Translations under genes and position numbers: made by a program
In this document: one piece after another, positions 26,868 to 38,723 of the stretch
Layout: each line of letters starts with the position of its first letter
Position numbering within the stretch: the first letter of the stretch is position 1
The notes under the pieces: generated by a model
Told to the model about the DNA's origin: nothing
Database searches by the model: none
Seen by the model: the letters and a program-made list of their open reading frames with translations, nothing else
Origin: an uncultured virus (IMG/VR IMGVR_UViG_3300006213_000874)
Lineage: Duplodnaviria; Heunggongvirae; Uroviricota; Caudoviricetes
Virus record (IMG/VR): IMGVR_UViG_3300006213_000874
Length of the DNA stretch: 64,000 nt
Strand: one strand, 5' to 3'

Positions 26868-29848
26868 AACATTAAAGACCATGCCGAACGGAACGGTGTT
26901 CAGCGAAATTGACAAGTGGGGAAATCTTGAAAACGGAATCCACATACTGACCGGAAGATTTGAAAACCGCGCTGGATTTAACGGGGAAATGGATTTGTAC
27001 CCGTGGCTGGCTTCAAACGAAAATGGGGAGCATGACGTTTTTGAAATGTTTGATAATGGGGAACTGATAAAAGACAGAGATTTCCCTACAGAATGGGTTA
27101 CAAGCGATACATCACCCGTTGACTACGAAGAAAGTCAACTGTTTGCGGTATTCTCAAAAGCAGAGGTTGAAAAGATGATTAAGGTTCTGCAATGGTCGTT
27201 ATCAGATTTGGAAGATGATTTTGATATGGACGAGGTTTTGATATGATTTTCAGGAATAAAGATACTGAACCGGAAAAAACCGGCTGCCTGATTTGTGATG
27301 ACTTGCTTAATACAGACACCGAGCCGATACCAAAAGAACTTCTTGAAAATATGCCGGCTCAACAAAAGGGAAGCGTAATCAGCGGAACATTTGGAATATT
27401 CAGCATAAAGGAATTTGAAAAGATTTCGGGAGGATTGAAAGATGTGTGAATTTTGTGAAATAACTGTAAATATCAAAGGTGTGAAATACGGGAAAATTGT
27501 AGACTTGAAAAATACCGCAGGCAGTACGGATATAAAGGACTGTCAAATTATTATACATAAAGACCAAAATCCAGCTCTTGCGATATTTGACAGGTTTGGT
27601 GGAGCATCATTCATTGAAATATCAAATTGCCCCATGTGCGGCAGAAATTTGACGGAGGAATAACAGATGTATCAAGCGGTTTATAAATGCAGGTTGTGCG
27701 GAGAAACTTTCAAAAAGGGAAATGAAAGTCTTGGAAGAGCTGTTGGAATTGCAGGCAGGTTGACGAATGAGGATAATTTTGCACAAGGAGACGTTTATGG
27801 AAGCAGATACGCAATACATAATTGTAAAGACGATTCTTGTGGATTTGCTGATTTTCAAGGCTTTAAGAAAGCGGAGGAATAACCAATGCATATTAACAAA
27901 GCAGAAACAAGCATGATGGACATTTCAAAATTTGTCAACGAATCGAAACAAAGCAGAGAATACAGGGATTACATCATAGAAACAGAAAGCTATGCGCTTA
28001 TGAAAAAGGAATTGTACGAAGAATTGGAAATGGGAGGTTTTGTAACATCTGCATTGAGAAAGGCGAGAAACAAAAGTTAGGAGGACTAATCTATGTTTGA
28101 GGTTATATACATATCCCCCTCATGCAAACAGGCAGTGAATTTCATAAATGACCTTGCCATTAAATTAAAACAGCGTGGAATTGACAGTTTTGATATGGAC
28201 TGCAAAAACATTCAACTCAAATCGGAGAAGTTTATTGTTTCGGCGGTTGATATATTTGGAAATAATCTTGGATTGAGCCACCACATGACGGAATACTACA
28301 TAGACATGGTATCGGACACAGTATTTCCAAGAAATTGTACAAAAATGTGTGAATTGGAAAGATTAAAAGACTTAAAATGCACTTTCGGAGAGGGAACAAA
28401 GAAAATTTCCGAGGAAGAATTGATTGAGATTTTGACGGAGGAATAATTTATGTGGCTATTAAAATTACACTTTTCAATATCGGTATTATGTATGCTGACA
28501 TTTATCGGGTTTAAGTCGCTTTATAAACAGCAGGTGAAAGATAACGGTTGGATTGACGAGGAAAAGAAGAAAAAGAAAAGCGTATTTGCGTATTTTATGT
28601 TTTTCGTGCCGATTATGAATATTCTGTTTGTCATCATAATGTTTTTGATGATTGGTATGAAAAAAAAGGATTTTGACAAGATGTGCGAGGACGCAAAGAA
28701 AGATAGTGAGGCATCAACCCATGACTAAAACCGAATTACTCTCAACCTACACAGCGGAACAGCTTGCCGGCATGGTTATCAACTTGCAAGGCGCAAGCGA
28801 AGTAAAGAATGACGAAATACATAAATTGAAATGGCAAATATCAAGTCTGGAAGAAGAAAACGGAAGATTGCAATCTAAACTTGATACATACAACAACTAT
28901 CTTCTTCCAAGATGTACAAAAGAAGCAAAAGAAATGATAGACCATAATCATTTTACAGGAGTTAGAATCGTAACATGGGAACAGTGGAATAATCGGGTAG
29001 AGAAATCTATGAACATATCAGACATTCAGAAATGCCAAGATGAATATGAAAATCTTTTGAAAGAAAGCCCCTTAGAGGGAGTAATGAATAAAATTACCAA
29101 AGATATTCTCGAACAGAAAAATAATGCTATGGCAATGGAATTTACAAGGATAATTTGCGATTTGCTGAAAAGATACGGCGTGTATGTTCGCTGCACGGAA
29201 ACCAAATTCGGTGAGAAGATAACCGCAAATTCCATTGAAGAACAATACGGCATTGTATTTGACAGCATGGACTTTTCGCAACATGATAAGGAATTTATGG
29301 ACAAGATTAAAGAGTTGGAAGAAGAACTGGAAAAATCCAATAGAGAACACGCAAAAACCTTATGGGAATTTTGCGACAGCGTAAAGAAAGAGGATTACGA
29401 GAAAGAAGTCAATCACTTACAATCAGAAGTCGAGAAATATCGCAAAGCCTTTGAGGAAACAAAGAAAGAGCGTGACTGCCAGATTACGGAGTATCAAAGC
29501 AGAACCGAAAAGGACAAAACAGAACTTGAAAGAACCAAAAACACCATAAACCAGATTGATGATATTCTGGAAAAGTTATTTGGTGTGCGGCATGATACGG
29601 TTGACAAACCGGATGAATTTGAAAAGATTTTGCATGAAAGAATAAAAGGGAATGCAACCGATTTTCTCCCAACAGAACCTATCAAAGTAGCGGAAATGCT
29701 GATAACAGCAAAAGGAGGGTGCGAACCGTTACATATTGGGAACGATGTGTTTAAAGATACATACCGCATATTTGACGTATCAGAGTTAAGGCAGATAGCG
29801 GAACATTTATTGATTTATTGCAATCATAACAAGGAGGAAGAAGAATGA
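26848..29848 (+). other. Run of small co-oriented phage ORFs (26848-27246, 27243-27449, 27442-27663, 27667-27882, 27886-28080, 28093-28446, 28450-28728 membrane, 28721-29848 coiled-coil)
   Basis: Tight coupling, GGAGG RBSs, several CxxC motifs; no functions recognised. Confidence 0.7.
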
Positions 29849-30387
29849 AGAATTTGAAATTAGGGTTGATTATTGCAGCAGGAGTAATTGCAGTCATTTT
29901 GCTCTGTGTGTTTGGGGTACAGAGTTCGCAGAATAAGGCGTTTGCTTTAGAGGAACAAGTGAACACAGCACAGTCAGACATTAAGGTGCAGGAAAAGCGC
30001 AGGGTAGATTTGGTTTATAATCTTGCAGATTGTGTGAAACAGTATGACAAACATGAGGCAGAAACATTAAAAGCCATTGTTGAGGGGCGCGGTTCCACTG
30101 GCGATATCGAAAATGCGACTACAGCGATTACAGCGGTATCAGAAGCGTATCCAGAATTAAAGTCGAATGAAAATTATAAGCAGCTTATGAACGAATTGGC
30201 AATGACTGAAAACCTGATTGCGGAATATAGGAGCAACTATAATAAGCAGATCAAAGAATACAACAGATATGTGAAAGCGTTTCCGACAAGAATATTTCTG
30301 AATATTCTTGGGTATGAAAAACAGAATTATACATATTTGGATTATGAAGCACCCGTAGACTCACCCAAAAATCTTTTTGGAGAATAA
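29845..30387 (+). CDS. lemA: LemA family protein
   Basis: N-terminal TM, RRVDLVYNL, EAYPELKSNENY, FPT. Confidence 0.9.
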   Translation: MKNLKLGLIIAAGVIAVILLCVFGVQSSQNKAFALEEQVNTAQSDIKVQEKRRVDLVYNLADCVKQYDKHEAETLKAIVEGRGSTGDIENATTAITAVSEAYPELKSNENYKQLMNELAMTENLIAEYRSNYNKQIKEYNRYVKAFPTRIFLNILGYEKQNYTYLDYEAPVDSPKNLFGE

Positions 30388-30389
30388 GT

Positions 30390-31217
30390 ATGAGCAGATA
30401 CAACCACGGAAATAATGGATTTGATTTTGGAGATTTTGAAATTACCAAGAGAGAAATTTTAGCAAGTGTTTCTATTATAGCCGCAATGTTACTGATTGGT
30501 GTTCTGATTTCCAGCAAGATTTCGGAACACCAGCTAGACGCAAACGAAGTCTACAACAAAGCGGTCAAAATAGATAATACAGACTTGTTCCAGTATGGCA
30601 TGGACACAAATGTAGGAAATGCGTTTGTATATGGCGATTTAGTGGCGGTTGATACAGTTACATATCCAGAGGTTGGCGGAGAGTATATGTACATCGAAAA
30701 AGTGAAAGAAAAATATACAAAGCATACTCGCACCGTTACATATAAAGACAGTAATGGCAAGAAGCATACTAAAAAAGAAACATATTGGACTTGGGATAGG
30801 GTAGGTAGTGAGGATAAGAAATGCCAAGAAATATCCTTTTGTGGAATTGTCTTTAGTAGCAATAAGATTGATTTACCAAACACGAATTATATTGATACAA
30901 TCAAAGAAACAAGTCATATCAGATACAAATATTATGGCATAGGAACAAAATACATAGGAACAATTTTCACAGATTTAAGGAATCAAACAATATCGGATAA
31001 TACAAAGTTTTATGTTGATAAAAATATAGAGGAAACAGTCGAGCATTTGGAAGCTGGCGGCGGCGTGATTATATTCTGGATATTCTGGATTACACTAATC
31101 GGCGGATGTGTGTTTGGGTTTTATTATTTAGACAATAAATGGTTGGAGCAGGTGTCATATGAAAGTCTTAGTCAACAATTCCCTATACGAAATGGGGAGA
31201 AAGGAAAAATATTTTAA
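30390..31217 (+). CDS. Two-TM membrane protein, likely LemA partner
   Basis: N- and C-terminal hydrophobic helices; directly follows lemA. Confidence 0.75.
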   Translation: MSRYNHGNNGFDFGDFEITKREILASVSIIAAMLLIGVLISSKISEHQLDANEVYNKAVKIDNTDLFQYGMDTNVGNAFVYGDLVAVDTVTYPEVGGEYMYIEKVKEKYTKHTRTVTYKDSNGKKHTKKETYWTWDRVGSEDKKCQEISFCGIVFSSNKIDLPNTNYIDTIKETSHIRYKYYGIGTKYIGTIFTDLRNQTISDNTKFYVDKNIEETVEHLEAGGGVIIFWIFWITLIGGCVFGFYYLDNKWLEQVSYESLSQQFPIRNGEKGKIF

Positions 31218-31348
31218 AGAATGGAATGAATGGAGAAAAAGAAATATGAACGGAAGAATTTATAAATTTCTTGTTTTGTTAAAATTAGCAAAATCTCCAA
31301 CTTTTGAATCGCATAGACAGTTTAGGAAAATGAAATGGGGCATGACAT

Positions 31349-31894
31349 TTGAAAGTAATCGCAAATGAAAGCATATACGAAATGGGAAGAAAAGAATACA
31401 GGGGCGTTTTAAAAGCCGCAAGCAAACAAATACCGTGCGGCATATATGCGGTTGAAAAAGACGGTATCTGCGAACTGCGGAAAGATACATTTGACAGCAA
31501 AGAGGAATTGAAGAAAGCTGTTGCAGAATATGCGGCGAAAGGGTTCAAGGTTTATTATAATTCACAGATTGGAGGATTTATTATGACAACATTTAAAACA
31601 GGAGACATAGTTATTTGCAAAAAGCATAGCGTAGCGCAGAAACTTGTTTGCGATTCTAAGGGAATAAGAATCGAAAATTATATTGACGATTATTTCTTTA
31701 ATCGGGAAGCTGTGATTGAAAACACTTACAAAGAAGCAATGGAAGAACGCTTTAAAAACGATTTACATGAAGAATTTAAAGACGAGGAAGAATATATAGT
31801 GAGATTTTTGGGCGATAATACAACCCTTGCATGGCTTAAAGCGGAAGAACTTGTCTTAAAGATTCCGAAGGAACAGTTTATAGGCTTGGTTTAG
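31349..31894 (+). CDS. Hypothetical protein, apparent fusion of two genes (internal GGAGG and ATG near 31582)
   Basis: Internal RBS in frame. Confidence 0.55.
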   Translation: MKVIANESIYEMGRKEYRGVLKAASKQIPCGIYAVEKDGICELRKDTFDSKEELKKAVAEYAAKGFKVYYNSQIGGFIMTTFKTGDIVICKKHSVAQKLVCDSKGIRIENYIDDYFFNREAVIENTYKEAMEERFKNDLHEEFKDEEEYIVRFLGDNTTLAWLKAEELVLKIPKEQFIGLV

Positions 31895-32185
31895 GGGAAA
31901 ATGCAAATGAACAATAACTGCAACCTAACCACCTGCCGCTACAACCAATCTGGCACTTGCACGAATGAGGACAAGCGTCAAGAGTGCGTAGAGGTCAGTA
32001 AGAGCGCGTTGTGTTTGGAGGATATGGAGGATGAGATTAACAGATAAGCAAGCAAAGAATTTATCTGGCGCCGCATGGGTTGATTATTTTAGAGGTTATC
32101 CTAATCTTTGCGATCGCAGAGCAGAAAACAACAACTGGCGCAAAATGCACCATTTACCGATGATTAGGCGGAGGGGGAAGAGGAA

Positions 32186-32757
32186 ATGATTGAAATTGGA
32201 AACGGAAACAAAATTGTGAATTGCCAAATATGCGATTCAAGAAATGGAAAGCTGATTCTGAACGGAAAAGAAATTCTGAAACCACCAGTAGAAATGAATA
32301 ATGTAACGATGATTAACGGAAGTGTATTTGTAGGAGGATATGAATATATAGGAGGAGAATGGAAACGGACTTTAAGGGCGTTATTCCACAAGTATTTTTA
32401 GGAGAGCGCGAAAATGAAACTTGGCGAATACGTAGAAAGTATCTGCCAAGAACCTTTGAGTAAATATCAAAAAGCGTTCCTTGAAGATATGGAGCAAAAG
32501 TTAAAGAATGGCTATGAAATATCCATGCCGCCACGAATAGGCAGGACATTAAGTATTCAGACAATATGGGCGATAGAGCAATGGAAACGGTTGGAGGTCT
32601 GCAAGTGAGCAAAGATAAAACAGAACTGAAAAATTCCGTCATTGAAAAGGCAGAAGAAATCGCAGAAGTGCTTTCAAAGAATAGCGACTGCGAACTCCGC
32701 ACATCTCCTAATGGCGTGGCGGTTATCAAAGTAAAAAAGGAGGTCGTTTCAAAATGA
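32186..32757 (+). other. Three small ORFs (32186-32401, 32414-32608, 32605-32757)
   Basis: RBS-preceded, coupled. Confidence 0.55.
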
Positions 32758-33015
32758 TTAGTTTAAGCGTTGAAGAAAAATGCCAAAACTGCCCTTATTT
32801 TTCTCCAAATGTAGAGCAGATAGACACAACGGAATTAGGCGATAAGAAAAAATTGTTGCAAACTGTTTATTGCGACCACAAAGACTTCTGCAATAATGTT
32901 GAGGAATATTTAGAAAGCAGAAAATAACATATCTAACACCGTACATAAAGCGTTTGTGCGGAATAGTCAAAGCGTGACTTACTTTTTATTTGAAGGGAGG
33001 TTGCGCTTTTCTTTT

Positions 33016-34770
33016 ATGGCAAGTCAAGAATTACTCAAAGAAATTTCCGATGCAGAAAAATATATAGAAAGACACGGGATAGATATTGACGCCGTTAATG
33101 CGTTTCATACTTATGTATTCTGGGCGGATGAAGAAGATAAGGACATAGAAACTGCCCTTAAAATCGCACCAAGGGCAAAAGAACTGATGAACCAGTATGT
33201 CATAAACGGTGCAGGCGGCGACATATGGGAACTTGAAAAGTTCTGCTTTGCCAACAAGACAGGGCATGAAATGGTGGATAAGTGGTATGAGATATTGAAG
33301 TTGGAGGCTCTACATCTATTTGAAAGTTTCTGCTTTTACATGGAAAAGAACCGCCCGCCAGAGGAACGGTTTTACCAGCCAAGAGTAAATCCGCTAAGAC
33401 AAGTGGCGCAGCTTATACAAGACCTATTCGATGATAAACTTGACGAGGGAATGGTATTCTGCCCCGGACGAATAGGAAAAACCCAAATAGTCAAAATGGG
33501 TAATTTATGGTTCGGTTCAAACCGACCAGAACGGTCAAATTTATATTCTGCATACTCTGACAAGATAACCGGCGGATTTTATGACGGGACAAACGAACTA
33601 ATTACCGACCCAACCTATACATACGCTGAAATTTTCCCAAAGAATGTTGAGAAAAAGCCGATTACAGACGGAAAAGACTTGACGATAGACCTTATCCGAA
33701 AGAAAACTTACCCAACATTTACCATGCGGTCTATCTACGGAACATTGAATGGAGCGTGTGACTGTGACGGATTGGGCATATATGACGACTTGTTTAGTGG
33801 TATTGATGAAGCGTTGAGCGAGGACAGGCAGAGGACAGTGTGGGGCAAGTTTGACAATAACTACATGCCAAGAATAAAGCCAGGGAAAGCAAAACTATTA
33901 GGAATTGGCACAAGATGGGCACCAAAAGATGTACAAGGACGCAGACTTGAACTTTTAAATAATGACCCTGACTATGCAGACATACGGCATAGAGAAATCA
34001 TAATACCAGCATTAAACGAAAACGGAGAAAGCAACTTTGATTATCCATATAAATTAGGCTATACAACGCTTGATTATAAGCGCAGAATGGCTTCTTTTGA
34101 AAACAATGACGATATGGCTTCGTGGTTTGCGCAGTATCAGCAAGAACCGATTGAGCGAAAAGGTCAGATGTTCAATGTTGACAACATGAATTTCTTCAAA
34201 CCGCAGGAAATCGAAGGAATAAGACCAGATAGAATATTTGCAGCAAATGACCCGGCTTATGGAGGTGGCGACTTTGTATCAATGCCTATTTGCTATGAAA
34301 TCAACGGAAATCATTATGTGGTTGACGCTGTTTACAACGATGGGGAAAAGGACATTACAATTCCAGAGGTCACAAGCAGAATGGAAGACCATTTAGATAA
34401 ATTCCCAAAGAAAACAGCAGAAGTGCATTTCGAGGAAACAAAGACTACAGACGGATATCGGAAAGACTGTGAAAAGATATGGAAAGAAGACGGATATCCA
34501 ATAAACACGACCCATGACCCGGCGGACAATCAAAGCGCAAAAATGGACAGGATAAAAAACCATGCGCCAGATATAAGAAAACTGTACTTTTTGGACATGA
34601 AGTATCAAAGCAAGGAATACAGAAAGTATTTTCAAAACATTCTATCCTGCACCTACGAGGGGAAAATGAAACATGATGACGGAATTGACTCTACGGCGCA
34701 GCTTTGCGACATGATTTATGGAAATAAGCGCAAAAATCGTAAAACAATCATAATGCCAAGCCCAATCTAA
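33016..34770 (+). CDS. terL: Terminase large subunit
   Basis: PGRIGKT Walker A, YDD Walker B, GTRW, YQQEP, DPA and HDDGID nuclease motifs. Confidence 0.93.
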   Translation: MASQELLKEISDAEKYIERHGIDIDAVNAFHTYVFWADEEDKDIETALKIAPRAKELMNQYVINGAGGDIWELEKFCFANKTGHEMVDKWYEILKLEALHLFESFCFYMEKNRPPEERFYQPRVNPLRQVAQLIQDLFDDKLDEGMVFCPGRIGKTQIVKMGNLWFGSNRPERSNLYSAYSDKITGGFYDGTNELITDPTYTYAEIFPKNVEKKPITDGKDLTIDLIRKKTYPTFTMRSIYGTLNGACDCDGLGIYDDLFSGIDEALSEDRQRTVWGKFDNNYMPRIKPGKAKLLGIGTRWAPKDVQGRRLELLNNDPDYADIRHREIIIPALNENGESNFDYPYKLGYTTLDYKRRMASFENNDDMASWFAQYQQEPIERKGQMFNVDNMNFFKPQEIEGIRPDRIFAANDPAYGGGDFVSMPICYEINGNHYVVDAVYNDGEKDITIPEVTSRMEDHLDKFPKKTAEVHFEETKTTDGYRKDCEKIWKEDGYPINTTHDPADNQSAKMDRIKNHAPDIRKLYFLDMKYQSKEYRKYFQNILSCTYEGKMKHDDGIDSTAQLCDMIYGNKRKNRKTIIMPSPI

Positions 34771-34785
34771 AGGAGGATTACATAC

Positions 34786-35202
34786 ATGGAAATAAAAGAA
34801 GTTTTCAACTCAAAAGAAGAATTAAATGCTTGCCTTAAATGGTGGCAGGAAAAGCTGTTTTTGACAGACTGGATTATTAAAGCGAGAATTTCTGAACCAT
34901 GCGACTTTATTACAGAAAACTCTTGTGGAGAAAACGAATTTGACATGGTAAACAAATGCTGCGTAATCCGAATTTTGGACAAGAAGTATTACGGCGACCG
35001 CATTATGAAATATTGCGCTGAAAAAGTGCTAGTCCATGAATTGCTTCACTGTAAATACAACTGGATAGCAAACGAAAGTTCTTATGAGGGAAAGTATGTT
35101 GATGTCATGGAGCATGGATTGTTAGAACAAATGGCAAAGTCGCTGATTATGGCTAAGTACGATTTGAGTCTTGATTATTTCGGTGATATGGAGGTGGAGT
35201 AA
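34786..35202 (+). CDS. HExxH metallopeptidase-like protein
   Basis: VLVHELLH. Confidence 0.7.
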   Translation: MEIKEVFNSKEELNACLKWWQEKLFLTDWIIKARISEPCDFITENSCGENEFDMVNKCCVIRILDKKYYGDRIMKYCAEKVLVHELLHCKYNWIANESSYEGKYVDVMEHGLLEQMAKSLIMAKYDLSLDYFGDMEVE

Positions 35203-35642
35203 TGACAACCAAGGAATACTTATCTCAAATCAGCAGACTTGACCGCATGATAAAAAACAAACTTACAGAACTTTCCCAATTAAAAGAAATGACGCACGGA
35301 TTATCTGCCATTCCAAACGAGGAAAGAGTGCAGTCAACACCGAACGTTGACAAAATTGGAACTGCATACTGCAAAATAGAGTCTATGGAAGAAAACATAG
35401 ACAGACTGATTGACGAATACGCAGACAAGAAAAACGAAATCATTTCACAGATTGACGGAATGGAAGATGAAATACTGTATGATATTCTTTTTTCTAGGTA
35501 CATAGCCAGGAAAACATTTGAGAAAATTGCAGACAACATGAACTATTCTTTCAGGCAGACAACAAGGATTCACGGAAAAGCGTTGCAAGAATTTGAAAAG
35601 AAATATGGACATCTGTATATTGAAGATGAAAACGTGTCCTAG
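35202..35642 (+). CDS. ArpU/RinA-like late transcription regulator
   Basis: KEYLSQI..RYI..FEKIADNMNYS..HGKAL. Confidence 0.8.
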   Translation: MTTKEYLSQISRLDRMIKNKLTELSQLKEMTHGLSAIPNEERVQSTPNVDKIGTAYCKIESMEENIDRLIDEYADKKNEIISQIDGMEDEILYDILFSRYIARKTFEKIADNMNYSFRQTTRIHGKALQEFEKKYGHLYIEDENVS

Positions 35643-35783
35643 AATGTCCTATTGTCGGCATGATATTATTAAAATCGAAGAACGAACAAAGTTTTTCATT
35701 GACAAATCCTCTAAACGAAAAGGCGTTGCCGCAATGGTAGCGTCTTTTTGCATGGGGAAAATCAAATTTAAGGAGGGGATTGC

Positions 35784-36014
35784 ATGAGCAGAACCAAAAA
35801 CATAATCCCCGAATTTACAAAGGACGAGCAAGACTACATAAAGGAACACGCAAACTTTATGGAAGAAGAATTGCTTTTCTTTGAACTACGAAATAAACAG
35901 CACACTTATGAATACTGCGCAATGGAAATGGGAATGTGCGTGTCGGCAGTCAAGAAAGTATCAAAGAAAACTATTTCTAAGATTATGAGAGTGATACGGC
36001 ATATGGATATTTGA
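35784..36014 (+). CDS. Small HTH regulator, paralogue of 4011 and 4310
   Basis: PEFTKDEQDYIKE..ELRN..MGMCVSAV..KIMRV. Confidence 0.72.
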   Translation: MSRTKNIIPEFTKDEQDYIKEHANFMEEELLFFELRNKQHTYEYCAMEMGMCVSAVKKVSKKTISKIMRVIRHMDI

Positions 36015-36038
36015 TTTGCGTGGAAAGAGAGGGCAATT

Positions 36039-36456
36039 ATGGCAAAGACAGAATTGACAATAGAAGCAAGGTTGAATGTTTCTGATGAAACAGCGGCAGC
36101 TTGCGTTGTACTTTTAAATATGTATCTTAAAGAAAATTCATCAGAATTGATTGTTGAAGAAGACAGAGAAACAGGCGTGGCACAAATTGAAATAAGAAAC
36201 AACAACGCAACTACCGAGCAATAATCGGCGGTTACTTTTATTTTGGAGATTGAGCATGAAGAAATATAGACCAGTAAAAATATTCTGTCCGCAATGCAAA
36301 GGGTATGTCGGCACGCATGATGGGCGGTCGACAATGCCAAAATCAGTAAAATGTAATATCTGTAATAAGCTGGTTGTTTATAATTCAGAAACAAGGAAAA
36401 CAGAAATAAAGCCAATTCCGCAACGGACACAAGGAAGCGGTATGAGGTTTTACTAA
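36039..36456 (+). other. Two small ORFs (36039-36224; Zn-ribbon 36256-36456)
   Basis: CPQC/CNIC in the second ORF. Confidence 0.6.
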
Positions 36457-36469
36457 AGGCGGTGATTAA

Positions 36470-38050
36470 ATGCAAATAGGCAGATTGGAAATATTTACAG
36501 ATGAGCCGGAAATCACAGAGAAAAATGTAATAAGGGTTTTGAGGAACGCACTGCCAAAGCATTTAATCAATGCCGATCGGTGCGATTTTTTATTGAATTA
36601 CGAAGCTGGGGAACAGCCGAATACAGCAATCAAAACAACCAGAAAAGATATTCAAAGCTTCTGTCCTGATAACTTAGCACACAAAATCACGGAATTTAAG
36701 CTCGGATTTATCTGGGGATTCCCAATCAGCATGGTGCAGAGAGGGAAAAAAGACAGCGGAGAAAAGAAAGACGAATCTCCATCTATTGCACTTCTTAATG
36801 AACAGTACGAAATGGCAAAGGTGAGAAAAAGAACACAGGAGCTTGCTAGGTTTATTGAGATATGCGGGATAGGGTTTAGCTACATAGATATAAACACGGA
36901 ATACGAAGATGGAGATAGCTACTTCACTTTAAACATACTAGACCCAAGAACAACATTTATTGTCAAGTCAAGATATTATCCAGACCACAGACCTTTGCTT
37001 GCGGTATCTTATCGTGAAGATGAAATGGGAAATAGATATTTTACCTGTTTTACAAAACTGCAAAGATTTGAAATTTCTGGCGCACTGAAAATAAAAAATG
37101 GGAAAATACAAAAAGATGATAACGGAGAGCCAATCACAAATTGGTTTGAAAGGGAGCGAAGCGGAGAAAAAAATCCGCTCGGAATGCTGCCGATAATTGA
37201 GTGGATTCGTTCTTATGACAGAATGGGATGTTTTGAACACCAGATACCTGCAATGAACGACCTTAATGCTTTGCGCTCAAATTTTATGAATTCGATACAG
37301 CAGAACACAAATTCTCTCTGGCATTACAACGATGTGGACTTCCCAGTAGATGAAAACGGAAACGAAATAAACCCGAAGACAGGAGAGATTGTAAGAACAT
37401 TCACCACGCCAGACGGAAAATCCCCGACAATAAACCCGCTGACGCTTGATTACAACTATGATGGGCTTTTAAATAAAATAGTTTACGACAGGTCAATCAT
37501 TCTGGAAGAATGCGACGTTCCGCAGAGAAGCGAAAATGTATCAAATTCAACTGGAATAGCCACATCGGATGCTACGGGGTGGAGTGCGGCGGAAAACGCA
37601 GCGAATAAGCAGCAGAATATTACGGAAGATTGCAAAATGGAGGAAGTGAGGGTTGTTTGCAGGGCAATGCAAATTTCTCCATACGTTCCACAGGACAGCC
37701 CGATTTTAGACATAAAATATTCGGACACAAAACCAAACATAAAAAGGCAGAAAAATTATGAACTGACGATAAAGGCGAATTACATGGCAACATTGCTGAA
37801 TTTGGGATTTTATGGAGAACACGTTATCAAAGGAGCAAACGCATTTGATGACCCAGAGCAGGTATGGATTGACAGCCGGGAAATGATAGAGGCTATTCAG
37901 AAAAGTAAAATCACAAAGCCAACGGAAAACGAAGATCTGGAAGAAACAAGGACAACAGACGGCGGAATAGAAGCGCAAATATCCAATTCGCCAATGCTTG
38001 ACGGAATGTCAAAAGAAAAACCAGAGAAAGCGGGGGATGATAAGATGTGA
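36470..38050 (+). CDS. Portal protein (SPP1 gp6-like)
   Basis: 526 aa after terL; NPLGMLPIIE, STGIA. Confidence 0.88.
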   Translation: MQIGRLEIFTDEPEITEKNVIRVLRNALPKHLINADRCDFLLNYEAGEQPNTAIKTTRKDIQSFCPDNLAHKITEFKLGFIWGFPISMVQRGKKDSGEKKDESPSIALLNEQYEMAKVRKRTQELARFIEICGIGFSYIDINTEYEDGDSYFTLNILDPRTTFIVKSRYYPDHRPLLAVSYREDEMGNRYFTCFTKLQRFEISGALKIKNGKIQKDDNGEPITNWFERERSGEKNPLGMLPIIEWIRSYDRMGCFEHQIPAMNDLNALRSNFMNSIQQNTNSLWHYNDVDFPVDENGNEINPKTGEIVRTFTTPDGKSPTINPLTLDYNYDGLLNKIVYDRSIILEECDVPQRSENVSNSTGIATSDATGWSAAENAANKQQNITEDCKMEEVRVVCRAMQISPYVPQDSPILDIKYSDTKPNIKRQKNYELTIKANYMATLLNLGFYGEHVIKGANAFDDPEQVWIDSREMIEAIQKSKITKPTENEDLEETRTTDGGIEAQISNSPMLDGMSKEKPEKAGDDKM

Positions 38051-38670
38051 GATTATTTGATGAATTAAACGATTTTTCGGAAGATGAGATATTAGACATA
38101 GATGCCTATTTTGACGAAATGGAACTTTCAGAAGAAGCGAAGGAAGAAAGAAAGAAATTCGCAAAGGGCATGAAAGAAATCATGCTTTTTCTTTTCTCTC
38201 TTTTTCTTGTGATGGAAGAAAATAGCTATATGGACAAGCGGTTTATCATATCGCAGCTACAGTCAAGATATTTGGACTTGGTTGTTGAATATATGAAAAT
38301 CGACAAATACATTGAAGAACACATAAAAGAATTTTCAGAAGAAACCGTAGATACAACGCTTAGGCACATTGACGAAGAATTTTATCTTTCGGAAGACAGA
38401 GGCGTACTTATATCTGTCAACGAAGCAAACAGTACGCTGAATTACAAAGATTTTGCAAATGCAATAACAGACGGAAAAACAGAAAAGCAATGGATAACAG
38501 AAAAAGACCAAAGGGTAAGAAAAACACACAAAAGACTGGACGATGCAATAATTCCGATAAATGATACGTTCGTTGTAGGAAATACGCTCATGCGATTCCC
38601 GCACGACACTTTTTATGGAATTGATTACAAGGAACTGTCTAATTGCCGCTGTACAGTGCGGTACATTTAA
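38047..38670 (+). CDS. Minor head protein (Mu gpF / SPP1 gp7-like)
   Basis: KQWIT..D.RVR..H..NCRC. Confidence 0.88.
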   Translation: MRLFDELNDFSEDEILDIDAYFDEMELSEEAKEERKKFAKGMKEIMLFLFSLFLVMEENSYMDKRFIISQLQSRYLDLVVEYMKIDKYIEEHIKEFSEETVDTTLRHIDEEFYLSEDRGVLISVNEANSTLNYKDFANAITDGKTEKQWITEKDQRVRKTHKRLDDAIIPINDTFVVGNTLMRFPHDTFYGIDYKELSNCRCTVRYI

Positions 38671-38723
38671 AAATTAAATATTTTTAGAAATTAAGCACTC
38701 AGAGAAATCTGGGTTCTTTTATT

